A DNA stretch of 64,000 bases, from assembly GCA_963575745.1 (NCBI GenBank), contig CAUYUJ010000182.1, forward strand, positions 1 to 64,000, in the 5' to 3' direction. A program made the position numbers and the translations under genes. This DNA is from Prorocentrum cordatum (taxonomy: Eukaryota). The notes beneath the pieces are model-generated. The model was not told the origin of the DNA, ran no database searches, and was given only the letters and a program-made list of their open reading frames with translations. Numbering within the stretch: position 1 is the stretch's first letter; the number at the start of each line of letters is the position of its first letter. Of the stretch, positions 24,110 to 36,400 are shown piece by piece.

Positions 24110-26181
24110 CACTCCCCATCATCATCATCATGAGCATCAGCATCAGGGTAGGAGAGACAAGGATCGACACCCCAGCTACCGGATCAAAGCGAGACCGTCG
24201 GGCAGCGGCCCTCACCGACGACGCTCTCGACGACGGCGCCCTCGGGGATGGCAACGGGGACGGTGCTGCACTCGGGGAAGGGGCTACAGTAGGCGGGCGG
24301 CCCATGAGGTGCAAAAAATAGTTGATCGAGCTCACCTCCTTCTCGTTGCACGTCGCCAGGGCCTCTCGGGCGCGTGGGTAGATTAGGGGCGGCCTAACCG
24401 ACCCCTAGCATGACATCCCTTTCCGCGACGCCCGAGATGCATGCGGCCCGATGGGGAGGTCGAAAGGGGAGGATGACGTCATGGAAGGGGATGGTTTGCG
24501 AAGGGTCGGTTCGGCCTCGATGTCGGGTGCCAGCAGGAGGCTAGTCGGCGGGGGGCGCCGTCGGAGAGGGACCGCGGGCGGCGGCGATTGCAGAGTTAGA
24601 ATGAGGGTGAACCGACATGGGCGGGCAGCAACAATTCCGAGTCATCGGCGCAAAAGTTAGGGGGATTTCCAAGCAAGGTTAGAATCAAGAACAGTAACAC
24701 TTGGGATCTGAGCATGCGGTAGCCGCAACAGGGATTCGATGAGCAGGGAGGGGAAACACACGGACTACTGAGGGAGGACATGCAGCCGTAGTAGAAGGGG
24801 GAGGAGAAGGATGAGAAGGAGGAGGAGAAGGAGGAGGGGGAGGAGAAGGAGTAGGAGGAGAGGGCAGAGGAGGAGGAGGAGGAGGAAGAGGATTTTGATG
24901 AGGGTACTTCCTCATCCAAATCCCCCTGCTGCGAAATCCTCCCCCCCTCTCGCGGCGTCCTGGCGGAGCCGCGTCTGACAATCCCGTAGTCGACGGAGAT
25001 GTTTGAGGATGACGCCGATCTTGTCGGCGAGGGAGGCGGCCTTGTCCACCGCCGAGGCGGTGGACTTCTCCGAGGTGCACTTGGGGTACCTTGGATGGGG
25101 GTACCAGAGAAAGCAGGAGAGGGAGAAGCACGATCATTATCACCATCATCATCACCATCACCAGTAGAATCATCATACTCATCACCATCATCACACTGAT
25201 CATTCGTTTCATCAGTATCGTCATCGTCTTCGCCATCATCCTAATCGTCACCATCATCATCAGCAGCATCATCATCATCACCATCAGCATCACCGCAATC
25301 ACCATCACCGCCACCATAACCTTTATCAGCATCATCCTCATCATCATCAAACACAGCATGATCATCTTCAGCAGCATCATCCGTATCATCATTATCCTCA
25401 TCCTCCTCCTCATTATCATTATCGTCACACTTGCTCTGATCCTCCTCGCAATCCTGACTCTCCGCATTTCCCGTTTAACTATGGCCATCTTCCTGCCCCC
25501 CTCCTCCCATCCTCTCTCACCTCCCACCCTCTCAATTCCCACCCCCGAGCTTCCTCCTCCATCCCTTCATCGCCGAGTCCAGTCCCCCTCTGACACCACC
25601 GCCCCCGCGCGCTAACCCGAAGTCGTTTTCTACACCCGAGGCACGCCACGATCGCAGCGTGGCAGACTGTGCGGAGCACGGAGAACGTGGCGTCGACCTC
25701 GGGAACGTTCTTGAGCAAGACCTCCACCTGCAGCTCCAATTCTTCCTGCTCCTTCCTGTCGATCCTCACCTTCTCCTTGCTATCACCCACTTCGTCGTTA
25801 TCCTAGGTGCCCTCCTCCTCATCGCCACCATCCTATATTCCCTCCTCCTCCTCCTCCTCCTTCTCATCCTCTCGTTCCTTCTCCTATAAATCCTCGTGCG
25901 CAGCATCGCCATCCCTCGTCTTTCCCAGATTCCATCCTCCAACGCATTGTCGTTTCCCTTCACCTCTTCCCCTCCGCCCCGCATTTCTGCGTTCCAGCCA
26001 CCAGCTCGGCCATCTGGTGCAAGGACCGCGCATGCACCGCGCAGTCCCGCCTCAAAAACTCGTAGTGCCCTAAAACGAACGATTTCTTCGAGCCAACTTC
26101 CTCCACGTAGCTCACGAAAGCCTTGGAGAGGTCGGCCGCATTGACGGCCAGAACAGGGCGACGGACAGGCGGGGCACTCAT
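22670..26181 (-). CDS. Multi-exon hypothetical protein with microsatellite-filled introns
   Basis: ATG at 26181 (MSAPPVRRPVLAVNAADLSKAFVSYVEEVGSKKSFVLGHYEFL..), then exon-like islands at ~25.65-25.77 kb (ELELQVEVLLK..), ~24.99-25.09 (KSTASAVDKAASLADKIGVILKHLRRL), ~24.18-24.37, ~23.65-23.79 and ~22.68-22.78 kb (KRPEDSSDEYNAKLEELGVP), separated by (CAT)n/(GGA)n tracts. Confidence 0.5.
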
Positions 26182-26677
26182 GGTGCCAGAAATGCTGGAA
26201 CTCAGCCAAATGCGCTGCGTGTGCGCGCGCTCTCACCAGAAAGAGTGGGAGTCAGAATCAGAAGCATGCTCAACCCTGATCAGGGGTGACCATACTTCTG
26301 ATTCTGGCCCCCACTCCTTCTGGCGATAGTGGGAACGGAACTCCCAGTATTGAGAGTGGGAGTGGGAGAAGATAATAATGCGTACTGGAAACGGAGTTTT
26401 GAATGCAGTGGGGTAGTGGAGGTTGAGGTATCGCATGGAGCAGGAGTGGACGCACCACTGGGTGCAAGAGTAGCGGGGGGGGGGAGCGTGAGTGAGATAA
26501 TAAGAGCAGCTGGGAACATACTTGTCGTGCTCACTCACTCCTAAATTCCTCCTTCTCCCCCTCCTCCCTGTTTCCACTCCTCCCCTCACCCCTCCATCTT
26601 CATCGCCATCACCATCATCATCCTCATCGTCATCATCACCATCATCATCACCATCATCCTCCTCCTCCTCCTCCTCC

Positions 26678-26726
<49 letters not shown>

Positions 26727-27153
26727 TCTCATCATCAGCAGCATCATCATCATCAGTGCGAACGGTTGAGGTGACGGCCACGATGACGACGAGGATGATG
26801 GTGATGATGATGGTGGTGATGATGGTGATGATGATTTTGGAGGCGATGCTGAGAGTGCGGACGTTGATGCGGATGATGGTGATGATTACGGCGGAGGTCG
26901 GGGCCCGCTGGGGGCCCCTCGCGACACCATTGCCCCCGAGCGCCGACGCCCCGCGGAGGCGCCCAGATAGCCCCGATGGGGCCCGCAAGGGCGCTGCAAG
27001 ACAGGAGGGCGGAGTACGGAGGGGGGAAGGAACGAGGGGGGAGAGGGGGAGGACCTCCTCCGCCTCCCCCATTTACCCCATGCGGGGCCTCGGGCACGGG
27101 CGTCTCAGCGATCTCGACCTGCAGGGCTGCGGCTGCGGCTGCAGAACTGCTGG

Positions 27154-28035
27154 TCAGCCTCGGCCCGCTGGGGTGGGCGCAGAATCGCCCGCGCGGGCGC
27201 GCCGATCTTCAGCCCAGGGCGCGCCTGCGAACGCGTCCTGGGCTGATGATCGGCGCGCGCGCAAGTGGTAATGCGCCCGCCCATCCACGGGCGCCTGGGC
27301 CTGAGCACGGGCCCGCGCCTCCGCTGCGTCGCGCGCCGCCACGGCGGCCGCGAGGACCGACACGGAATCCTCCCACTGGGCGCGGGCGCGGGCCCAGGAG
27401 CGCCACGCCGCGTCGACGGCCGCCTGCAACGTCGCTGCATCGCCGACGTCGGACGCCTCGAAAGCGTCGGCCGCCGCCGCGGACGGGGGCTCGGCATGGG
27501 CCGCTGGCTGTCCAGCCGCATTGTCCGCCAGCACGCGGGCTGGGGGCGGACCTGCAGGTGGCGACGGCACGGTGGGGCGCGCTGCTGGCTGTCCAGCCGC
27601 ACTGTCCGCCAGCAAGTGGGCTGGGGGCGGACCTGCAGGCGGCGACGGCCCTGTGGGGCGCGCCGCTGGCGGTCCGGCATCATGCCCCGCCAGCAGGTGG
27701 GCTGGGGGCGGACTTGCAGGCGGCGACGGCCCTGCGGGGCGCGCCGCTGGCGGCTCGGCCGCACTGTCCGCCAGCAGGTTGGTTGGGGGCGGACCTGCAG
27801 GTGGCGACGGCACGGTGGGGCGCGCCGCTGGCGGTTCGGCCGCACGGTCCGCCAGCAGGTGGGCTGGGGGCGGACCTGCAGGCGGCGACGGCCCTGCGGG
27901 GCGCGCCGCTGGCGGTTCGGCCGCACGGTCCGCCAGCAGGTGGGCTGGGGGCGGACCTGCAGGTGGCGACGGCACCGTGGGGCGCGCCGTTCCATCGCGC
28001 CTGGGCTGCACCTCCACGAGCGGCTGCTGCTCCAT
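27154..28035 (-). CDS. Hypothetical Pro/Ala-rich protein with 27-aa tandem repeats
   Basis: ATG at 28035 (MEQQPLVEVQP), ~6 repeats of P(TV/AG)PSPPAGPPPAHLLAD.AA.PPAAR, then an Ala-rich helical region. Confidence 0.35.
   Translation of the reverse strand: MEQQPLVEVQPRRDGTARPTVPSPPAGPPPAHLLADRAAEPPAARPAGPSPPAGPPPAHLLADRAAEPPAARPTVPSPPAGPPPTNLLADSAAEPPAARPAGPSPPASPPPAHLLAGHDAGPPAARPTGPSPPAGPPPAHLLADSAAGQPAARPTVPSPPAGPPPARVLADNAAGQPAAHAEPPSAAAADAFEASDVGDAATLQAAVDAAWRSWARARAQWEDSVSVLAAAVAARDAAEARARAQAQAPVDGRAHYHLRARRSSAQDAFAGAPWAEDRRARAGDSAPTPAGRG
27500..27990. repeat. 81-bp tandem repeat, ~6 copies
   Basis: Repeating GTCCGCCAGCAGGTGGGCTGGGGGCGGACCTGCAGG.. unit. Confidence 0.9.
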
Positions 28036-28134
28036 CGCGGCCGCGCTGCGCGTGCGCCGCAAGCTTGCAGCCCAAAAACACGGGTGAGGAGGAGGGCAGA
28101 AGGATTGGCGCGACGGCTGCGCTTTCGTGGCACC

Positions 28135-28903
28135 TATAGGGAGCGCCACTCACGTTTCGTAGCACACCACTCACGTTTCGTAGCCCTGTAGGGAGCGCCA
28201 CCCAAGGTCCCAGTAGCGCCGTCCGCATGACGGCGCCGCCCCACGTTGGCGCACCCCTTCGCACATTTGATGCCCTGTTCGGGCCCTCTCGGGACCGCGT
28301 TGGGCCCCTCGGACTCGGGGATCCCGCTGGAGACTTCCTCGGGTCCTTACAAACCGAAGCTTGAACTGGATAAAGGGCTGCTCATAATCAATATCACGAG
28401 GAATGGTAGAACGGAAATCAGATATGGTAGAGGAGGGAGAAAAGGAGGATGTAGGATTCTCAGCAGGAGGGCGAGCACCACGTGGATGAGGATGATCAGC
28501 AGGAGGAGGAGCACACTGTATAGGATGATGTTGATGATGCCAGTGACTGATGGTTGACATTATGGGCCATGATGGTGGATAACATGGAATTTCAAATGAT
28601 GGCTGTGACGTGCAGTAACGAATGTGGCAATGATAATCGAAATCGTGCATGCTGCAAAGGCGATTTATATGATGATGTTGCTGCTGATGATGATGATGTT
28701 GATGATGATACGCTGACGAATACGATTGTGAGCCTGATACTGGTGAGCACGATACTTGCATAGCGAAGCGCTACAATGATGAAGATCACCACCAATCAAA
28801 ATCGTCAGCATTCCCCACCGACCCACCACCATCACTCACCATCGTCATCGTCACCGCCGTCATCATCAGCATCATCAACATCATCATGGCCGTCGCCATC
28901 ACC

Positions 28904-28963
<60 letters not shown>

Positions 28964-29230
28964 GTCATCGCCATTATCGCCGTTATCGTCACCATCGTCG
29001 ACGGCCATTTTGGCACACCCGTTCACACGTGCCGTGGCCCCATAGGGAGCCCCACCAAAGGCACCAGTGGCGCCGTCCGCACGGCGGCGCCGCCCTACTT
29101 TGGCACACCCCTCACACGGTTCGTGACCCCAAAGGGAGCTCCACCTACGGCCCCAGCGGCGCCGTCCGCATGGCTGCGGACGGCGCAGTCCGCAGTGGCC
29201 CCTACGGCCCCAGCGGCGCCGTCCGCCGAG
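28135..29230. repeat. Diverged dispersed copies of the 90-bp satellite unit (~28135-28260 and ~29005-29230)
   Basis: Motifs TCACGTTTCGT, TAGGGAGC, GCCGTCCGCA(T/C)G and TTTGGCACACCC are shared with the 43.4-45.6-kb array. Confidence 0.75.
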
Positions 29231-30459
29231 ACCCTACCAGTGCGATCACATGCCAGTGTACCAGGGCTTATGTATGCCCCATATGCCATACGTGTAATCT
29301 CATCGCGCTGCCCCAAACAGTGCTTGCAACCATGCTACACAACATGCGGCACCCATCACAGATCACGACAACACAGACCACCGCCACCCCCCAAAAAAAC
29401 TGGCACAACTTAGACAATATGCCCAATCACAACCATGCTGTCCAGTCATGGACTTATGGCCTGGTGGAGTTCTTAAGCCAGAAGCCTGGGCCGATGTGTC
29501 ACAAAACTTGGCGCCTGAACCCTGAACCGCAAACCTTCACCACATATAGATGAGGGTGGGTGGACGAGGCGGAGGAGATGGATGGGGCAACCAATCATCC
29601 TTAGAGATGGCCCCTAGGGTGCTCTAAGAGGCGTCCTGAAAACTCCCAAGAAGTTGCACGTCGGAGACCCAACACAGCGAACTCGAATGCACACGGTCTT
29701 CACTGAACTTTGCACGTGCACCACTACAACGACATTATTGTGCCTGGTGTGAGTGTGGTAGTGATCGTGTTGACGATGGCTCAAGTGGTGATGGTGGCAG
29801 TACTGATCTTACGATTGCGCCCACGATGATACCGATGTTGATGCAGATGATGGTGACGCTGGTGTGTCTGCCGATGCCGATGATCATGGCGATGGTTGTG
29901 ATGGTGGGGGTGGTGGTGGCTAGTTAGTAAGGCGGGTTTTGCATTGAAGCCGCGGCCGAATTGAAGACGCAGCCGTAGGTTAATAGTTTAGAATCTACAT
30001 GCGCAGTGCTAGTAGTAGTTTAGTAAGTAGTCAGTAGCTTAGCTGAGTGCAGTGGGTACCTTATGGAAGTAGTTTCGGAATCTAGTCGTTTACACCTACG
30101 AGCACACGTACGCAGCAAACGTTTGCAGCGATTGGCAAGCAAACGTTTGACGCGCATGTGTTTCGAAGCGCGATTTACACACGATCGAGGGGCGCAAGAA
30201 TCGGTCGTGAAATACCGGGATTGGAGGACGCTCGCGTCGTCGGTTTTCGGGAGCGAACATGCCGAAGAATCGGTCGCGAAATACCGAGATCCCGAATCTG
30301 AATCCCAGTATCGGCATCACGCGCATTTCGTCTTGCAATACCGGGATTGGACCACTCGTTTTGATTTTCGGTCGCTCCCCATCGTGCAAACTCGCTACCG
30401 AAAATTTCCGGTAGCGCATCATCTGGGCAGGTCTCCAGCGCGCCTCCGTCCTATTCTGC

Positions 30460-33400
30460 CTATGGCGAGAGGCCGGCGCCGAAGCCCCAGGCTCCGGGCG
30501 CGGCTCCAACATTCTACGCCCATGGCGGAGGTCGGGCTCCTAAACCTCAGGCCCCAGGCACTGCCCCGCAATATGAGGCGCCTCCTCGGGGGGTGGCCCC
30601 GCCTGGAGCGCCGCCGCGGTCGGCCCAGGGCCCAGCGGCCGCGCCGTCGCAGGCGCCACCGCGCAAGGAGCCGCCTTCGAACTTGCCGAAGGCGAAACCC
30701 CCGCCTCCAGGATGGATGCCGCGACTGACGGATGCTCGCACGCCTCCGTCGACGCCTCCAAGCAGTTACTCGCCCGCAGGGGAGCAAAGCAAGCCCCCGC
30801 CTGCATCGCAGCCGAGCCAGAAGAGGGCACCTGCTGCGCCCCGCCATGGCCCTGCCGCAGCTCAAGCGGACGGCCTGGAGCAGCAGGCACCTGGCGACTA
30901 CGCCAGCGCGAACAAGGCGGGATTGGAAGAACGCCTGCGCAAAGTGCGCGAGGAGCGTGAGGCGGCCGAGCGTCCTCCACAGGCAGAGACTCCGGCCCGC
31001 GAACCAACCCGTGGTTCGGATGGCAAGGATCAGCAGGTGACCGGCAGCTACGCGACCGGAACATCGGCGGGACTGGAGGCACGTCTCCGTCGGCGCGAGG
31101 AACTAGCCAGAGCCAGTGAGGCTGCCGCTGCCGAGCGGCAACGGCACGCCGATATAAGTGCCGTCGCCGCTGCAGATCACCAGCGGCCAGCCCCGATGTC
31201 GCCTCGCTTGGGCGATTCTATGCCGCCCGACCTCGGGGGATCTGCATCTGTGGATCCCTTGCAGCACGCTGAACGGGTTCAGGACTTACTCGACGTGAAA
31301 ACGGAGCCCAATTCGCCACAGGATGAAGATGAAAGGCTGGGTCCGATTTAGCAAGAAGGCACGAGGACTCCGGACGACAATGTCGTCGAAGCTCCTCCAC
31401 CTCTCGACGGGATGGATGTTGACCCGCTGCCCCACGAAACACATGACACAGCTCAGGATAGTGTGCATGACAAGGAAAATGCGGGTACCCAGGGCCATGC
31501 CCACGGCGCCCAGTCAACAGGTCTGGCCCAACAGCCCGTGGCTGGCCGCTCGCAAGGGGACGACAACAAGACGGCAAATAAGCAGAACAGATGTGCTCTT
31601 GCTGACGACATGGGAGTTGACGGCACTGGGACGCCCTGGAGTACTGCTACGAGCGATTCAAGACGGAGAACATACCTGATCCGCGTCTGAACCTAACTAT
31701 CTTGCCAGGCAACGAGCCGAGGCCAGCTTGCCGTGCAGCAGTGGAGTCTATTGGCAAGGCCCTCACTTATGTTATCAAGCAGGAGGCGGTCACGGCATTC
31801 GCCAGGCTTGACTTTCCCCAGGCCTGTGCTGCACTCAGCAGCCTCATCAGGGCCGCTGGTATCCCTTCCCGAATCTCGGGGGAGGCGATCTACCTCTTTG
31901 CAGCTTACGATATTCCACACAACGCGGTACAGGCCTATTCCGACTCGAACGTGGATTCGGAAAGTCGGGGTTGACATGGATGAGGGTGACAGGGTATTCA
32001 ACGATGCAGAGTATCTCGTCTCTTCTGACTCCACCATTGCGTTATCTAACGCCAAAGGAAGTCCAGCACTTAACGCCGCCCTTAAGCAGCAGCTTGAGAA
32101 TCGCTCGGCTGGGGCACGCGTGACTATCAAGAACGGCGGGACTCTGGGCGATATTCGGGCCAACCTGCGTTCCATGAACTGGGATGCCCCGCAGGGTCAC
32201 AGCGACACTAAGTGCCGTGTAATGATCTGGAACGGCAGCGAGCTGCGTGTCCGTAGCGACGGCGCCCAGACGCGAGTTAGGGGGGCAAGGCGCGAAGACG
32301 CGCCCTCCGACTACGACGAGGTCGAGAGAGGCGCTCTATCCACGATAGATGGCGCCATAGACGAGCAGGCATATCATGCTAATGAAGCAGGCGAAATGCT
32401 CGTGGCACTCGCCCTTGGCGATGAACAGAGCTGGAATCCAACCAAGAACGGCTCCGATTGTACCATGTGGGGCACGTTGGCGCCCCGTGTGCTTGCATGG
32501 GGATAGAACAGAATCCACCTCTACCAGGAGGCCGGCCTAAACCCCAGGATGATCCTGCGGGCGACAATTGGCACTTCCGCCTGGGAGGGGACATCTATGC
32601 GCATGCCGCGGACTTCGCTCAATAAATCATTAACGCGGCGAAGGCGTGCTACGAGCTGTGCTGCCCTGTCTTCAACGCGGCGGATCGCCCCCATGGTGCT
32701 GCATTGTCAACCGCTACACCTCCGCCACCAACGGAACCCCCGCCAATGGCGTCGACTCCGATGCCCAAGCCCCCGGGCATGGAGGGCCCGATGATGAGTC
32801 ATGTCATATCCACCTGCGGCCACCATGTGCGCTGCCAGGTGGGGGAGTTGTTGCCATTCGGTGAGATTGGCGCGCCACAGCATGTCCCGCCTGACTCCGT
32901 CAACATCAATTCGAAGGAATTCTCGAGGTGACTGGGGGGGGCTCCATGACGACAGGCAGGCGTGGGCAGTCCGACGCTATACTACAGTACCATGTCACGG
33001 CGGGGCGGACATCTACGGTATGGAGCCTGAAGCGGGGCCCCCCATGGAGACCCTGCATTTCGATGACAACATGAGGAAGGTGATAGGGGCAATCGATCAA
33101 GGAACGGTCATGCTGTTCACGGAGCAGTCGCGCAAGCCAGCCGCGCCGAAGGCTAAGGGAGCGGCAAAGACTGCAACCGGGGCGCCATCGTCGTCAGGGC
33201 CAGGTCTTACCGGTAGGCCTATTTGGGAGGCGATCATCCAGAGTGCGCTTCGCCGTTCGACAATCAGCAACCGTGAGGAGCAGATTGTCTGCAACTTCGG
33301 AAATGGTCGAATTCCCTGCCCTTACTTCTTCAATGCCTGCGAAGATCACCAAACAGCTGTGATAAAGGAGCTAAGGGCTGGGTCCGAGACACTGCCACCA

Positions 33401-36400
33401 GCTGAGACGATCCTCCGACACCAGCGGGTCGTCAATTACGAGTTGATGTTGGTACCCCGCAAACGGGGGCACACCACCGAGGAGTTCCACCTCGTCGAAC
33501 CGTTCCATGACGCCGACGGGTGGTACGGTGGGCCAAAAGGACGCGTGGCCGCCCGCGAATGGGCACTGGCCAGGATGCGCCTGGCGCTCTCCCCGCGCAT
33601 CACAGCGGAACATTGCAAACGTGGGGCCATTGAGTACTTGGTCGCGAGGCGTTTGCATACTACGACAGTGCCAGACCTATCGTGCTCCGCATAATTCGAC
33701 TAGGGCAAGACGAAGTTTACGAAATACGAATCCTGCACCATGCTAGAGGTTCCGTGCCTGCTACCTGACTGGATCCATGATCGTGTCAGGCTGGGACAAT
33801 GGAAGGCCGTCTCGCACGCCGCTGACGTTCGCAAACTCTACGCGCTCCTGAACGCGGGAGTGTTCCCCCCGTCCAAGAAAAGTTGGGGCATGAGAGTCAA
33901 GACAGACCTGAAGGCGAAGGAAAACTCGCTGAGGGAGTTTACGCTTTCCATGATAGCGACTTGATCCATGAATTGCATCAAAGCTATCGCCGCGGTGCAG
34001 AGCTGTGGTGCGACGGCAACATCGCGACTGTGGATTTCAAGCTCGCGACACGGAGGTTTCCGCCATCAACACGGAGCCAAAGGGGCGGAAACAGTACGTC
34101 TGCGGCATGCCAGAACTCATAGTTAGGCTGTCGCTGCGACTGTACTTCATGACCCCCAGTCAGGCCAATCAACGGCAAACGTGGGTCTTTCACCCGCAAC
34201 ACTCTCGTGACTACGAAGTGGACTACAAGGCGCCCATTGACCCGATTCCCGCTCTGGAGCCACCGGTTGCACCGTGGCAGATCCAGAACGCGATTGACGA
34301 TCGGCTCATGACCGAGAAGCCCCGCACAGCATTTGACGAAGCGAATGTGAAGAGACAGGTGCTGAGCAGCTTCCACTCGACAACACAGAGGGATATCGTT
34401 ATTGAGCTCCAGGAGATTAGGAGGAAGCATCTATCGTTTCTGGACGTCGGGAGCTGGGCGCATCGCGATCTGTACTCTGAACAGCTAATCACCGAGCAGT
34501 TCGACGCGCCTGTCCTCGTAGCCCATGGCTTACAGGACATCGCTACACCACTTTGAACAAGATGGACTGCCACGGGAACGCCCAGATCTGAGGACGATGG
34601 ATATGGATGAATCCACGCCAAGGATCTCGCTCCACGACTGGATGACCATCCGGAACAAGAAGAAATACGTAGAAACACAGGGACGATCCAATCGGCCTGA
34701 TGCGGACCGCGTCTCCAGCAGTATCGAGTCCCACTGGCCGACGAGGTCCAAGAGTGTTGTAAGACGCGGGGGCCGCGAGGCGATGATCATGGGCGCGGCG
34801 AAGGCATGGCGCGAATCTCAATCAGGAGAACGGCGCTCCAGCTGGGGCAACATCGGGCATGCTGGCTTCAAGCGATCGTCTACTGCAGACCGTAAGCCGC
34901 CGCGCTTTGAGCACCCTGGCGGGGTGCCTCTGGGCCAGCGCAGAGACAACCGCTTCGGGGCGCCAGACCTTCAGCCTCCGCCGCTGCCATTGGCTAAACT
35001 CGCGCGCATGTGCAGGACACATGTGATTACGTCGCCTGCCGCATCCTGCATTGATCAGATTTATACCTGCACGAGAGTCGGCTGCTTTAGGACGACAAAG
35101 ATGGCTGTTTCCCAAGATTCCAGGATTTATTTTGTTCGTCGATGCAGTCATTGCAAGGCCATGCCTGGGACAGCCGTGCATTTCGATCAATGCCCGCCGA
35201 GGTGCCGCATACACAGCCGGTGCGCAGACGCCTGCGGCGAAATGGCACCACCCGAAGTTGTCGAATATGAAAGGACAGAATACGAGAGGTGGTGCAGATA
35301 ACAGATACAGAAAGTCAACCTCGAAGGAAGTTCTGAAGAGTCCACTTCCGACACAGACGACGCTAAAGGGCGATCTGCGGATGCGCAAGAAGGAGAACAT
35401 TCTGACGACGAGTCTGAAGAAGGGGAAGAACCCATGAAAGCGACCGGCCATGCTGTTGTCGCGGTCCTCCAAATTGATCCCCAGACTCATCCATGCGCTT
35501 CTGACGATGGGTGCCCCTCTGGCAGGGATTATTTCTTGATAGACGACGCGTTGCCGCTTCCCAAAAGCAAGCAGATATCTGAAGAAGACCTTGAGAGGCT
35601 GTGGACACCGCAAGATCACGTCGATGATCTACGGCATTTTGGGCTCGAACATGAGGAACTGACCTACGAGGGTTTCCTAGAGGATAATAAACGTGTTCCC
35701 TTGGTGGCGACGCCACAGTACAAACGAGAGAACCTTGCGGCATTGACTCCAGCGCGAGCACGTCTCATAGACGAACTCCACTACATCGGACCTGTACTTC
35801 CCAGCCAACGGTTGGGCCGTGCACTTATCAGCGATAGGCTCTCTACCTACGCGGACTTCGTGGCCTATCCGCTCTTAGACTACATCCGGCGGTTGCTCGA
35901 TGATGAGCGATCTAGTGTGGATAGACACCTGCGAGCACGATGTCACACGATCGAGAGCCGTAATCTGCCTGGGCCAGACCATGCTCTGGTGCCCATGTGC
36001 CCTCACTTGCGCCCGAAGCTCTATGCAATCGCGAGCGAGGTGGGGCGTGGCGAGGCTCTTCGCCCTGCTAAGCTGATCGTTCACCTCCTTCGCCACAGCT
36101 CGGCCCATGTGCTGAGCTCAGGCGGATGGGTCGAGGTGGATGTGCTGATAAAGATGCTAACGGACGTCGGTTTCGACCGCCCGTGGGCCAGAGTCATTTA
36201 CGCCATTGCTGTACTTGACCATACGATGTCCAGATGCTGGGGTGGAAATGGACGCAGCCAACGAAGGCCCTACATCCCGCCCCATGGACTGGGATATGAG
36301 TTTCGCCGAGGTTCTCAGCAAAGGCGTTGGATTATCTGAAGTTGACGGGGAATCGGTTTCATCCCAGGCGGAGAGTGAAGCCGAGAAGATATACGTGATT

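Noticed and set aside
22316..24386. Poly-His/Ile/Met/Asp ORFs (also at 1.7-2.7, 18.5, 25.1, 40.6-41.9 and 46.2-47.7 kb)
   Set aside because: Products of (CAT)n/(GAT)n/(CCT)n microsatellites.
29003..29016. GCCATTTTGGC resembling a dinoflagellate spliced-leader relic
   Set aside because: It lacks TCAAG and is a variant of the 90-bp repeat's CCCATTTCGGCAC segment.
34525..34900. Possible TGA readthrough or alternative genetic code in the polyprotein and transposase
   Set aside because: Disruptions include TAA/TAG stops and frameshifts as well as TGA, so ordinary decay explains them.
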